A DNA stretch of 64,000 nt from the NCBI GenBank assembly GCA_963674945.2, contig CAXXWQ010000003.1, positions 1,184,001 to 1,248,000 on the forward strand, given 5' to 3'. The notes under the pieces are model-generated. The model had not been told where the DNA came from, did not search any database, and was given only the letters and a program-made list of their open reading frames with translations. How positions within the stretch are numbered: the stretch's first letter is position 1; the number at the start of each line of letters is the position of its first letter. Origin of the DNA: an uncultured Desulfosarcina sp. GTDB lineage: Bacteria; Desulfobacterota; Desulfobacteria; Desulfobacterales; Desulfosarcinaceae. Of this stretch, positions 1-9,699 are shown in pieces. A program made the position numbers and the translations under genes.

Positions 1-38
1 CGTCCAAACTGTTTCATCTCAGAAAAAAAACCGGATCT

Positions 39-53
39 TGGCAATGAAATTGC
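39..53 (+). promoter_or_regulatory. sigma54 (-24/-12) promoter upstream of RND operon
   Basis: TGGCAATGAAATTGC has GG-N10-GC spacing; the same 19-mer occurs before groEL. Confidence 0.7.
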
Positions 54-256
54 GTTACAAGAAAGCAATATTTTTTCATTTTACATAATCGCATTGCAAC
101 GAAGACCCTCAGGATTTTACTACAGTACGTTCGATAAACGATTATATCGGAAGAATTGATGAGAAAAGAGAAGTTACATCCCCTCGCCGTTCTTATTTTC
201 CATGGGGGGGGTAACCTGATAACGTTCATCTTACTCGCACCGCATCCGTCAAAGGT

Positions 257-1387
257 ATGAAAAAATCCATCATTGTAACAATTTTTGGCTTGAGCCTCCT
301 GATCGGCGCGCTCGGCGGCATCAAATGGTTGCAAATTGGGCGGATGATCGCCCAGAGCAAGCAATACTCGCCGCCGCCCGAGACCGTCACCACGGCCGAG
401 GTGCAGTCGACTACATGGCCGTCGGTTCTGACCGCCGTGGGGTCCCTGGAGGCGGTGGAGGGTGTGACGGTCACGGCTGAACTAACCGGAAAGGTGGTAC
501 GCATCGCCTTCGAGCCGGGCAGCGCGGTTAAAGCCGGTGATCTGCTGGTCCAGCAGGATACGACCTCCGAGGAAGCTCAGCTGAGATCGGCCGAGGCGTC
601 TTTGGAACTGGCTCGCCAGAACCTTGTACGCGCCAAGGAACTGCTGCCCGAAAACGTGATCACCCGATCCGACTACGACAACGTGGCAGCCGTCCATAAA
701 CAGGCGGTGGCGCAGGTGGACGCCATCCGGGCGACCATCGCCAAAAAAACCATCCGAGCGCCGTTTGCCGGACGTCTCGGAATCAGGTTGGTCAATCTGG
801 GCCAGACCCTCAACGACGGCGACCCCATCGTCTCTCTGCAGTCCCTGGATCCCATATTCGTCAATTTCCAGCTGCCTCAGCAGGAGGTGGCCAAAATCAA
901 ACCCCATCTCCCCGTTACGCTCACCAGCGACGCCCTTCCCGGCCAAGTCGTAGCGGGGACCGTCACCGCCATAAATCCACAAGTGGACAGCGCCACGCGT
1001 AACATTCGCATACAAGCCACGGTTTCGAACCAAGGCGAGCGAATGCACCCCGGAATGTTCGTAAATGTTGAGGTTTTGCTGCCGGAAACCCGGACAATTC
1101 TGGTCATTCCAGCCACCGCCGTGCTTAATGCGCCTTACAGCGATTCGGTGTTCATCGTGGAGGAAAAACCCGACGACGACGGAAAACCGCCGGGCAGTTT
1201 CGTGCGCCAGCAGTTCGTTCGCCTGGGAGAGAAACGGGGCGACTATATCGCCGTCCTTTCGGGCCTTTCCGAAGGCGAAACCGTGGTGAGCACCGGCGTG
1301 TTCAAACTGCGCAACGGGCAAGCCGTGGTGGTCGACAATACCCTGGCGCCGGATTTCAAGATGGCGCCACAACCGACGGAAGAGTGA
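257..1387 (+). CDS. RND efflux periplasmic adaptor (MFP) subunit
   Basis: N-terminal TM anchor, lipoyl-like GxxVKAGDLLV, IRAPFAG, PGMFV motifs; directly upstream of RND permease. Confidence 0.93.
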   Translation: MKKSIIVTIFGLSLLIGALGGIKWLQIGRMIAQSKQYSPPPETVTTAEVQSTTWPSVLTAVGSLEAVEGVTVTAELTGKVVRIAFEPGSAVKAGDLLVQQDTTSEEAQLRSAEASLELARQNLVRAKELLPENVITRSDYDNVAAVHKQAVAQVDAIRATIAKKTIRAPFAGRLGIRLVNLGQTLNDGDPIVSLQSLDPIFVNFQLPQQEVAKIKPHLPVTLTSDALPGQVVAGTVTAINPQVDSATRNIRIQATVSNQGERMHPGMFVNVEVLLPETRTILVIPATAVLNAPYSDSVFIVEEKPDDDGKPPGSFVRQQFVRLGEKRGDYIAVLSGLSEGETVVSTGVFKLRNGQAVVVDNTLAPDFKMAPQPTEE

Positions 1388-1406
1388 CCACCGGAAGCAA
1401 CCATCC

Positions 1407-4400
1407 ATGAATATCACCGACCCGTTTATCCGCCGGCCCGTGCTCGCCCTAGTGGTCAACCTGCTGATCGTTATCGCCGGAATTCAGGCCGTGCGTTCGC
1501 TCAATGTGCGCCAGTATCCACGTAACGACAACGCCTCTGTGACGGTCACCACGGTATATGTGGGCGCCGGTGCCGAACTGGTGCGCGGGTTTGTCACAAT
1601 CCCGCTGGAGCGTGCCATCGCGGCCGCCGACGGCATCGATTACATCCAGTCCGAGAGCGCCCTGGGGCTTTCCACCATCAATGCGCGCCTGAAGCTCAAC
1701 TACGATCCCATTAAGGCCCTTTCGGAAATCAGCTCCAAGGTCGATCAGGTACGCAACGAACTTCCGCCGGAAGCCGAAGTGCCCACGATCAACATCGAAT
1801 CGGCGGACAGCCAGGTTGCCTCGGCCTACCTGAGTTTTACTTCCGACATCCTGCATCAGAACGAAATTACCGACTACCTCGTGCGCATCGTGCAACCGAG
1901 GCTGTCGGCCATCGAGGGCGTGCAGCGGGCCGATGTTCTTGGTGCACGCACCTTTGCCATGCGTATCTGGCTCAAACCCGAACGCATGGCCGCCTTCAAT
2001 ATCAGCCCCAGCCAGGTGCGCCGGGCCCTGGCGGCCAACAATTTCCTGGCGGCCGTGGGGCGTACCAAAGGGGCATTGATCCAGGTCAACCTGACGGCCA
2101 ACACGGATCTGCGCTCCGTTGAGGAATTCAAACGATTGGTGGTGCGGAAGGAAGACGGCGCCGTCATCCGTCTCGAGGACATTGCCGACGTAGTCCTCGG
2201 TGCAGAGGACTACGACACGGAGGTGCATTTCTCCGGACAGACAGCCGTTTTCATGGGCATCTGGCCACTACCCAACGCCAATTCGCTGGACGTAATCAGC
2301 CGAGTGAACAATGAGTTGGACGCCATCGCCGGGCAGCTTCCAGAAGGCCTGCATGCGAAGGTGGCCTATGACGCCACCGACTACATCCGCAATGCCATCC
2401 ACGAGATCATCAAGACACTTTCCGAAACGCTGTTGATTGTCGTTTTCATCATCTTCATGTTTCTCGGCTCCCTTCGGTCGGTGATCGTCCCCGTGGTGGC
2501 GATCCCCCTTTCTCTCATCGGCGCCGTGTTTATCATGCAGGTGATGGGCTTCACTATCAACTTGCTAACCCTGCTGGCCGTCGTGCTGTCAGTGGGTCTG
2601 GTGGTGGACGATGCCATCGTGGTGGTGGAGAATGTGGAGCGTCACATGGGCGAGGGAAAGTCGCCCATGGATGCTGCCCTGATCGGCGCGCGCGAACTGG
2701 TGGGGCCGCTGATTGCCATGACTATCACCCTTGCGGCGGTTTACGCGCCAATCGGACTGCAGGGAGGACTCACCGGATCATTGTTCCGTGAATTCGCCTT
2801 TACCCTGGCCGGTGCGGTGATCATTTCAGGAATCGTGGCATTGACCCTGTCCCCAATGATGTCCTCCAAGCTGCTGAAGCCAGGCCATTTTGAACGCGGT
2901 TTCGCCGGAAAAATATCGCGGGACTTCAAGCGCTTTACCGCCTTCTACGGCCGACTTCTCGATCATACCCTGGACGCCCGGCCGTCGGTCTACACGGTCT
3001 GGATCGTCATCAGCCTTATGACCGTTCCCATGTTCATCATGTCGCCCAAGGAATTGGCCCCGAACGAGGACCAGGGCGTGATCTTCAGCATCATCGACGC
3101 CGCGGCCAACTCCACGCTGGACCTCAACAGCCGCTATGCCGCGGCGGTCAACGACGTTTACATGAGTTTTCCGGAAACGAAATTCACCTTTCAGCTCACC
3201 TTTCCCAACTCCGGCATCGCCGGCATGGTGGTCAAATCCTGGGATGAACGGAAGACCACCGTTGCGCAGTTGCTGCCTGCGGTGCAGCACAAACTCGGGA
3301 CTATTCCCGCCGTCCGGGCTTTTGCAGTAACACCACCGGCGCTGCCGGGTGGCGGCAGTTTTCCGGTGGAATTCGTGCTGGCCTCTACGGCAGATCCGGC
3401 CGAGATCCTCGAGTTTGCCCAAAAGCTGCAACTTAAGGCCATCGAAAGCGGAATGTTCGCCTTCCCACCCACCATCGATGTCAAAATCGACCAGCCCCAA
3501 TCGGAAATCATCATCGACCGGGACAAGGCAGCCGACATGGGCCTCGATCTTCAACAGGTGGGCGGGGACATCCAGTCCATGATGGGCAGCAACTACGTGA
3601 ACCGGTTCAGTATCGCTGGTCGAAGTTATAAGGTGGTTCCCCAGATCAGCCGTGCCGACCGCATGAACCCGGAACAGTTGAACAGGATCTATGTCACCGG
3701 GCCAAACAAGCAGCTGGTAGCGCTGAGCACCATTGCCACCATCCGCAATTCAACGGTTCCACGATCCCTGAACCGTTTCCAGCAGCTAAATGCCGTAAAA
3801 ATAAGTGGCGTTGCCGTACGTCCGCTGGACGAGGCCCTGGGCTTTCTGGAAGATGAGGCCGCCAACATCCTGCCCCAGGGCTATGTCATCGATTATACGG
3901 GCGAGTCGCGCCAGCTGCGCAACGAGGGAAATACCTTCATCCAGGCCTTCGGACTGGCGGTGGTGCTGATCTTTCTCGTCCTGGCGGCCCAATTCAACAG
4001 TTTCCGGGATCCTTTCGTGATTCTGGCCGGATCGGTACCCCTGGCGATGTTCGGCGCCATGATCTTTACCTTCCTGAAAATGCCCAATCCCAACGTGCCC
4101 TTCTGGACCCACGGCTGGACCACCACCTTGAACATCTACAGCCAGGTTGGGCTGGTGACCCTGATAGGTCTGGTTTCCAAAAACGGCATCCTGATCGTGG
4201 AGTTCGCCAATGCCTTGCAGCGCCGGGGCCGAACCAAGCAAGACGCGGTGCGCGAAGCCGCCATGACCCGCCTGCGCCCGATCCTGATGACCACCGCCGC
4301 CACCATCGCCGGCCACTTTCCCTTGACCCTGGTGACCGGTGCCGGCGCTCAGGCCAGGAATTCCATCGGTCTGGTGCTGGTGGGCGGCATGGCCATAGGA

Positions 4401-4490
4401 ACGCTTTTTACCCTTTTCGTGGTGCCGTCCATCTACATGCTGGTGGCCCGGGACCATTCAAGGGATACAAGCGTGCCGGTGCAAAAATAA
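1407..4490 (+). CDS. RND efflux permease (AcrB/MexI/MexW-like)
   Basis: 1027 aa; FIRRPV, VGLVVDDAIVVVEN, KNGILIVEFA, RLRPILMT motifs. Confidence 0.96.
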   Translation: MNITDPFIRRPVLALVVNLLIVIAGIQAVRSLNVRQYPRNDNASVTVTTVYVGAGAELVRGFVTIPLERAIAAADGIDYIQSESALGLSTINARLKLNYDPIKALSEISSKVDQVRNELPPEAEVPTINIESADSQVASAYLSFTSDILHQNEITDYLVRIVQPRLSAIEGVQRADVLGARTFAMRIWLKPERMAAFNISPSQVRRALAANNFLAAVGRTKGALIQVNLTANTDLRSVEEFKRLVVRKEDGAVIRLEDIADVVLGAEDYDTEVHFSGQTAVFMGIWPLPNANSLDVISRVNNELDAIAGQLPEGLHAKVAYDATDYIRNAIHEIIKTLSETLLIVVFIIFMFLGSLRSVIVPVVAIPLSLIGAVFIMQVMGFTINLLTLLAVVLSVGLVVDDAIVVVENVERHMGEGKSPMDAALIGARELVGPLIAMTITLAAVYAPIGLQGGLTGSLFREFAFTLAGAVIISGIVALTLSPMMSSKLLKPGHFERGFAGKISRDFKRFTAFYGRLLDHTLDARPSVYTVWIVISLMTVPMFIMSPKELAPNEDQGVIFSIIDAAANSTLDLNSRYAAAVNDVYMSFPETKFTFQLTFPNSGIAGMVVKSWDERKTTVAQLLPAVQHKLGTIPAVRAFAVTPPALPGGGSFPVEFVLASTADPAEILEFAQKLQLKAIESGMFAFPPTIDVKIDQPQSEIIIDRDKAADMGLDLQQVGGDIQSMMGSNYVNRFSIAGRSYKVVPQISRADRMNPEQLNRIYVTGPNKQLVALSTIATIRNSTVPRSLNRFQQLNAVKISGVAVRPLDEALGFLEDEAANILPQGYVIDYTGESRQLRNEGNTFIQAFGLAVVLIFLVLAAQFNSFRDPFVILAGSVPLAMFGAMIFTFLKMPNPNVPFWTHGWTTTLNIYSQVGLVTLIGLVSKNGILIVEFANALQRRGRTKQDAVREAAMTRLRPILMTTAATIAGHFPLTLVTGAGAQARNSIGLVLVGGMAIGTLFTLFVVPSIYMLVARDHSRDTSVPVQK

Positions 4491-4662
4491 GACAAGACCC
4501 GAATGTGTTCGGTTGACGCAACAGATATGCCTTTTATCCTTTTGTCCCGCAACGCAATGGACGTCGCCTTGTACTGTGACATCTCTGCAGAACAGGTGAA
4601 TGAAATCGGCGTTCAGATCGAGTTTTAGGGTGACCTCCTTCAACCAAGGGAGAACATAACAG

Positions 4663-5466
4663 ATGGTTTCCCCAACCAGACCTTTAAACCCGATTGCCGT
4701 CCTCGGGGATCGCGTTCTCGCCCTGATCCGAAATCTCGGACGCTGGGCCGTTTTCTTCGCCGACGGAGTGCGCCACATCTTCACCCTGCCCTGGCAGATC
4801 GATAAGATCCTGCAGCAGGTTTATTTCATCGGTTTTCAATCCATGTCGATCATCTTGCTGACCAGCGCCTTCACCGGAATGGTTCTGGGACTGCAGGGCT
4901 ATTACACCCTTGTCAAATTCGGTTCCGAAGGCATGCTGGGCGCGGCGGTTGCCCTTTCCCTGATCCGGGAGATGGGACCGGTGTTCACGGCCATCATGGT
5001 AGTGGCCCGGGCTGGTTCCGCCATGACGGCGGAAATCGGCATCATGCGCATCTCCGAGCAAATCGACGCCTTGGAAACCATGGATATACTGCCGGTTCGA
5101 TTCCTGTTCAGTCCGCGGTTGGCGGCGGCTCTGATCAGTTTCCCCCTGCTCACCGCCCTGTTCGATGTCATCGGAATCCTGGGCGGCTATCTGACCGGTT
5201 CCCTATTGCTCGGCATCAACCCGGGAACCTATTTCGCGCGTGTCGAATCCAGCGTGGAGATTCATGACGTTTATGGCGGCTTTCTCAAAGCTGTCTGCTT
5301 CGCCGCACTGGTGACCACGATCTGCTGCTACCAGGGTTACCATACCCATCTGCGCAAAGAAGGATTCGGGGCCAAGGGGGTCGGCATGTCCACGACATCG
5401 GCGGTGGTGACGTCCTGTGTGGTCGTGCTGGTCACCGATTACATCCTGACCTCTTATTTGATATGA
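4663..5466 (+). CDS. mlaE: MlaE family lipid ABC permease
   Basis: REMGPV...ARAGSAMTAEIGIMRISEQIDALE; GAKGVG..TTSAVV. Confidence 0.92.
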   Translation: MVSPTRPLNPIAVLGDRVLALIRNLGRWAVFFADGVRHIFTLPWQIDKILQQVYFIGFQSMSIILLTSAFTGMVLGLQGYYTLVKFGSEGMLGAAVALSLIREMGPVFTAIMVVARAGSAMTAEIGIMRISEQIDALETMDILPVRFLFSPRLAAALISFPLLTALFDVIGILGGYLTGSLLLGINPGTYFARVESSVEIHDVYGGFLKAVCFAALVTTICCYQGYHTHLRKEGFGAKGVGMSTTSAVVTSCVVVLVTDYILTSYLI

Positions 5467-6227
5467 CGGCAATGCAAACCCCTTTGATTCAATTCGACAA
5501 TGTTTATAAAGCCTTTGGCGCCAACGAGGTCCTTAAAGGGATCTTTCTGGATATCTTCGCCGGGCAGGTGACCACCATCATCGGTAAAAGCGGCATCGGC
5601 AAAAGCGTTTTGCTCAAACACATCATCGGCCTGATGGAGCCCGACAGCGGCCGTATCCTGTTCGAGGGGCTGCCTCTTACCGGGACGGACGGCAGCCGGC
5701 GCAAAACCTTCAAGGCCAAGTGCAGCTATATGTTCCAGAGCACGGCTCTGTTCGATTCCATGACCGTCGTTGAAAACATCGCCCTGCCACTCAAAGAACG
5801 ACGCCTAGCCAAGAAGACCGAAATTGCCGAACGCGTAAGAGCCAAAACGGAACAGCTGGATCTATCCGGCATCGAGAATAGCTACCCCTCCCAGCTGTCC
5901 GGTGGTATGCGCAAAAGGGTGGCGCTTGCTCGGGCTCTTGTCACCGAGCCTGAAATCGTCCTTTTCGACGAACCGACCACCGGCCTGGATCCTTTGCGAA
6001 AAAACGCCGTGCACCGAATCATCGCCGACTACCAGCAGCGCTTCGGCTTCACGGCCGTATTGGTCAGCCATGATATTCCCGATGTTCTTGGTATCTCCCA
6101 GCGCGTTGCCATGCTTGATCAGGGTCGTATCATCTTTCAGGGCAGCCGCAGGGAGATCCAGTCCAGCAGCGAGCCGGCCATAAGAGCTTTCATTCATGGC
6201 CGTTCCAATGAAGAGGAGACACCATGA
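5463..6227 (+). CDS. mlaF: MlaF-type ABC ATP-binding protein
   Basis: Walker A GKSGIGKS, LSGGMRKRVALARA, DEPTTGLDP; lies between mlaE and mlaD. Confidence 0.9.
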   Translation: MTAMQTPLIQFDNVYKAFGANEVLKGIFLDIFAGQVTTIIGKSGIGKSVLLKHIIGLMEPDSGRILFEGLPLTGTDGSRRKTFKAKCSYMFQSTALFDSMTVVENIALPLKERRLAKKTEIAERVRAKTEQLDLSGIENSYPSQLSGGMRKRVALARALVTEPEIVLFDEPTTGLDPLRKNAVHRIIADYQQRFGFTAVLVSHDIPDVLGISQRVAMLDQGRIIFQGSRREIQSSSEPAIRAFIHGRSNEEETP

Positions 6228-6673
6228 AAAAAGGAATCACGGAAACCGCGGTGGGAATTTTCGTCCTCGTCGGGATACTCTGCTCAGCCTACCTTGCCCT
6301 CAAACTGGGACGCATGGAGTGGTTGGGCGACAATTACTACACCATTGAAGCCCGATTCACTTCGGTATCAGGGCTCAAAACCGGTGCTGTGGTCGAGCTG
6401 GCCGGGGTACAGGTGGGACAGGTGGCCGCCATCGACTTGGATCCCGAGTCCAACGTGGCCCGCGTCCGGCTCAAAATCCAGAACAGCGTCACTTTATATG
6501 ACGATGTCATTGCCTCGGTCAAAACAGAAGGGTTGATCGGCGACAAATATATCAAGATGACACCCGGTGGCTCGGGGCAAAGGCTTGAACCCGGTGGCAC
6601 TATCATGGACACCGAATCGGCCCTGGACATCGAGGAACTCATCAGCAACTACATCTTCGGAAAAGTCAAATAA
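6224..6673 (+). CDS. mlaD: MlaD/MCE-domain protein
   Basis: ETAVGIFV, FTSVSGLK.GA.VE.AGVQVG, TEGLIGDKYI. Confidence 0.92.
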   Translation: MKKGITETAVGIFVLVGILCSAYLALKLGRMEWLGDNYYTIEARFTSVSGLKTGAVVELAGVQVGQVAAIDLDPESNVARVRLKIQNSVTLYDDVIASVKTEGLIGDKYIKMTPGGSGQRLEPGGTIMDTESALDIEELISNYIFGKVK

Positions 6674-6729
6674 CGGTTTTGCACTGCGTGCGAAACAGGA
6701 GCCTCCAATTCATGGCCTTGCAAAAAAAA

Positions 6730-6987
6730 ATGAAATTATGGGTGGTCAACGTCGTATCGTTCATCGTCTTTGTGCTGCTGTCCGTCACCGGTTTAATCAA
6801 TTGGCTGGTACTGCCGCGCGGCGTTGGACGTGGATCATGGTTGATGGAAATCCGACACTTGTTGATCGATGTGCATACTTTTCTGGCCGTGGTTTTTATT
6901 CTGGTTATCGGTGCCCATCTGTGGTTACATGCGGCATACGTAAAGGCCAACCTCAACCTTTCCGGCTGGCGGAACAAGAAAGAATAA
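6730..6987 (+). CDS. small membrane protein, DUF4405-like (cytochrome b-like His pattern)
   Basis: Two TM segments, DVH...AHLWLH His spacing; start placed at ATG 6730. Confidence 0.65.
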   Translation: MKLWVVNVVSFIVFVLLSVTGLINWLVLPRGVGRGSWLMEIRHLLIDVHTFLAVVFILVIGAHLWLHAAYVKANLNLSGWRNKKE

Positions 6988-7011
6988 ACATCCAAGCCAA
7001 GAAGTATCGTT

Positions 7012-8955
7012 ATGCAAAATATCAGATCTGATAAATTGCAGGAATATTTGAGTGAAGTACGAACGATTATCGAAACCAACCGAAAGCCGTTCGTTATATT
7101 GGATTCCAAGTATAACGTGCTTATCACCAACCAAAAATTTTTCAAAACGTTCGACGTTTCCTCAGAACAGGTTTTGGGAAGCAACTTCTACTCAATCGAC
7201 AATGGCGATTGGGATATAGAGGGGCTTCATGCCCTGATTGAAATCAATTTGCCCGGAGGCACGGCGCTGGACGATTTTGAAATCGACCACACCTTCAAAA
7301 GGTTGGGGAGAAAAATATTACGGATAAACGCACAATCTTATTACCATGCGAAGATCGGTGAACAGCTGACACTTCTTTCCATTGAAGACTTCACCAAACG
7401 AAAGCTGTTGGAAGAACAATTGAAGGAATCCGAAGAGCGCTTTCGGCGCATGTTCGAGACATCTCGGGACGGACTGATGTTGGTCAACAAGATCAGCGGA
7501 AACATTAAGTATTCGAACCAATCAATTGCAGATATGCTGGGGGTAGTCCCCGATGAAATTGTGGAAAAGTCCTTTTTCGATATCGGGATATGGGATAAAG
7601 GGATTGATTTCCCGGAAATGTTGAAGGCACTCGACGTGAATGGCTTTTTGAAGCGTCAAGCAAAACTATTGAATATACGGACGAACAGAGAATTCGATGC
7701 AGAAATATTTCTTATCGACAGGGCCGCCTTACTTCAATGCAATGTGCGCGATATCACCGAACGCGTGAAAACCGAAGAAGCGCACCATACGCTTCAAAAA
7801 CAGTTGCTGCAAGCTCAACGATTGGAGTCCATTGGAAGGTTGGCTGGTGGTATCGCTCACGATTTCAACAATATGTTATCCATCATCATGGGACACAGCG
7901 AACTGATGATCGATGAGCTTCGCATGGACCATCCTCACCGTGTTGTACTTGAAGAAGTCATAAAAGCAACATCACGGGCCAGGGACCTAACCAGGCAACT
8001 GCTGGCCTTTGGCCGCAAACAGGTTCTGGAAATAAAAAAGGAAGATATCAATGATATCATTGCCGGTTTCGAGAAGTTGATCCGAAGGGTGATCGGCGAA
8101 GATATCGAACTTAAAATATCCCTTTTATCCAAAGAGGTTGTCGTTGAAGTCGATACGACCCACATTGAACAGGTGTTAATGAACCTGGCGGTAAATGCCC
8201 GGGATGCAATGCCGGAGGGAGGTCAATTTTCAATTGAAACAGGTATTGTAAACCTGGATGCGAGTTACACGGACAGACATCCGGGTGTCAGCCCCGGTTC
8301 ATATGCCATGATCGCTGTGAGTGACACCGGTATTGGTATGGACCCGGAGACGCTGACGCAAATATTCGAACCCTTTTTTACTACAAAGGGAAAGGACAAG
8401 GGAACAGGCTTGGGGCTGGCCACATGTTACGGTATTGTCAAACAGCATGGGGGCAATATCTGGGTGTACAGCGAACCCGGACACGGAACGACTTTCAAAA
8501 TTTACCTCCCCCTTGCCACAGGATCGGCGAAAATTTCAAGGCAACAGCCTTTCGATGATGAGACAGTCGGGGGAGGTGAAACCGTGTTGGTAATCGAGGA
8601 TGACGAGTCTGTCCGCAAATTGACTTGTAAGATGCTGATGCGATTCGGTTACAGGGTAATTGAATCGAAGAACGTGACGGATGCCATTGAACGAGCCCAT
8701 AATCGCGAACCGTCCATAGACCTGGTGCTAACAGATGTGGTTATGCCCGGTTTAAAGGGGCCCGAGGTTTTTCAGCGTATTTGTGAACATCATCCTACCG
8801 CCAAGGTGCTTTACATGTCGGGATATGCAGACGATGTGATCGTACATAAGGGTATTTTGGATGATGGGGTACAATTTCTTCAAAAACCCTTTAGCCTTCA
8901 CTCACTCTTAAAAAAGGTAAAAGAGACACTGCATAAGTCTTTTAAAGGGAACTGA
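7012..8955 (+). CDS. PAS-PAS hybrid sensor histidine kinase with receiver domain
   Basis: AGGIAHDFNN H-box, NLAVNARDAM, PFFTTKGKDKGTGLGL, C-terminal LTDVVMP..KPF. Confidence 0.95.
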   Translation: MQNIRSDKLQEYLSEVRTIIETNRKPFVILDSKYNVLITNQKFFKTFDVSSEQVLGSNFYSIDNGDWDIEGLHALIEINLPGGTALDDFEIDHTFKRLGRKILRINAQSYYHAKIGEQLTLLSIEDFTKRKLLEEQLKESEERFRRMFETSRDGLMLVNKISGNIKYSNQSIADMLGVVPDEIVEKSFFDIGIWDKGIDFPEMLKALDVNGFLKRQAKLLNIRTNREFDAEIFLIDRAALLQCNVRDITERVKTEEAHHTLQKQLLQAQRLESIGRLAGGIAHDFNNMLSIIMGHSELMIDELRMDHPHRVVLEEVIKATSRARDLTRQLLAFGRKQVLEIKKEDINDIIAGFEKLIRRVIGEDIELKISLLSKEVVVEVDTTHIEQVLMNLAVNARDAMPEGGQFSIETGIVNLDASYTDRHPGVSPGSYAMIAVSDTGIGMDPETLTQIFEPFFTTKGKDKGTGLGLATCYGIVKQHGGNIWVYSEPGHGTTFKIYLPLATGSAKISRQQPFDDETVGGGETVLVIEDDESVRKLTCKMLMRFGYRVIESKNVTDAIERAHNREPSIDLVLTDVVMPGLKGPEVFQRICEHHPTAKVLYMSGYADDVIVHKGILDDGVQFLQKPFSLHSLLKKVKETLHKSFKGN

Positions 8956-8999
8956 GCTTGTCGTTCCTCGTCGTGGGCAATTAACATTCGAGGAAATAA

Positions 9000-9509
9000 A
9001 TGATGAATTTTCTCCTGCCGGCCATGGGGCTGGTGATTCTTTTCGCGGGCCGGCGGCTTTTCTGGCTTTTCGTCTGCGTTGCGGGGTTTGCTTCAGGCTT
9101 GCAGGCCGCGCCGCTTCTACTCGGCACTCAGCCGTTCTGGATGGTATGGGGCGTTGGCCTGGTCTGCGGTCTCATCGGTGCACTGCTGGCCTTTTTTTAC
9201 CAGAAGGCGGCCATTATCGTTGGCGGATTTCTGGCCGGGGTGTTCCTCAGCCTCCATCTGTTGCCCGTAACGACCACTGAAACGGTCGCACTGATCCGCA
9301 TTGGGTGTGGAATCGCCGGTGCCATCGCACTGTTTCTGGTTTTCGACTGGACCCTGATTGTCCTTTCGGCAATGATCGGCGCCGGTTTGGTCATCGACGG
9401 CGTGGGCCGCCCATTGCCCTATGCCCTGCTTTTCTACATCGTGCTGTGCGCCGTCGGTATCGTCGTCCAGGGCCGCTGGTTGAAGACTTCCAGAAAACAG
9501 ACACCCTGA
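9000..9509 (+). CDS. DUF4203-like multi-pass membrane protein
   Basis: Very hydrophobic and Gly-rich; GRRLFWLFV start; SD GAGG. Confidence 0.7.
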   Translation: MMNFLLPAMGLVILFAGRRLFWLFVCVAGFASGLQAAPLLLGTQPFWMVWGVGLVCGLIGALLAFFYQKAAIIVGGFLAGVFLSLHLLPVTTTETVALIRIGCGIAGAIALFLVFDWTLIVLSAMIGAGLVIDGVGRPLPYALLFYIVLCAVGIVVQGRWLKTSRKQTP

Positions 9510-9699
9510 CGTGCGGATGGAGGATATGCCTCGACTTCTCATGAGAAAAACCCTGCCGCGGACATAGCCCGTCCGATCGGAGACGTTCGTTGGAAACATT
9601 GTTTCAATCCAATGGGTACCTGGCCGCAGTGCTGGGCACGTTCTTGGAAGGGAAACCATTCTGATCCTGGCGGGCTTGGCCGCCCATCAGATGGTTATG

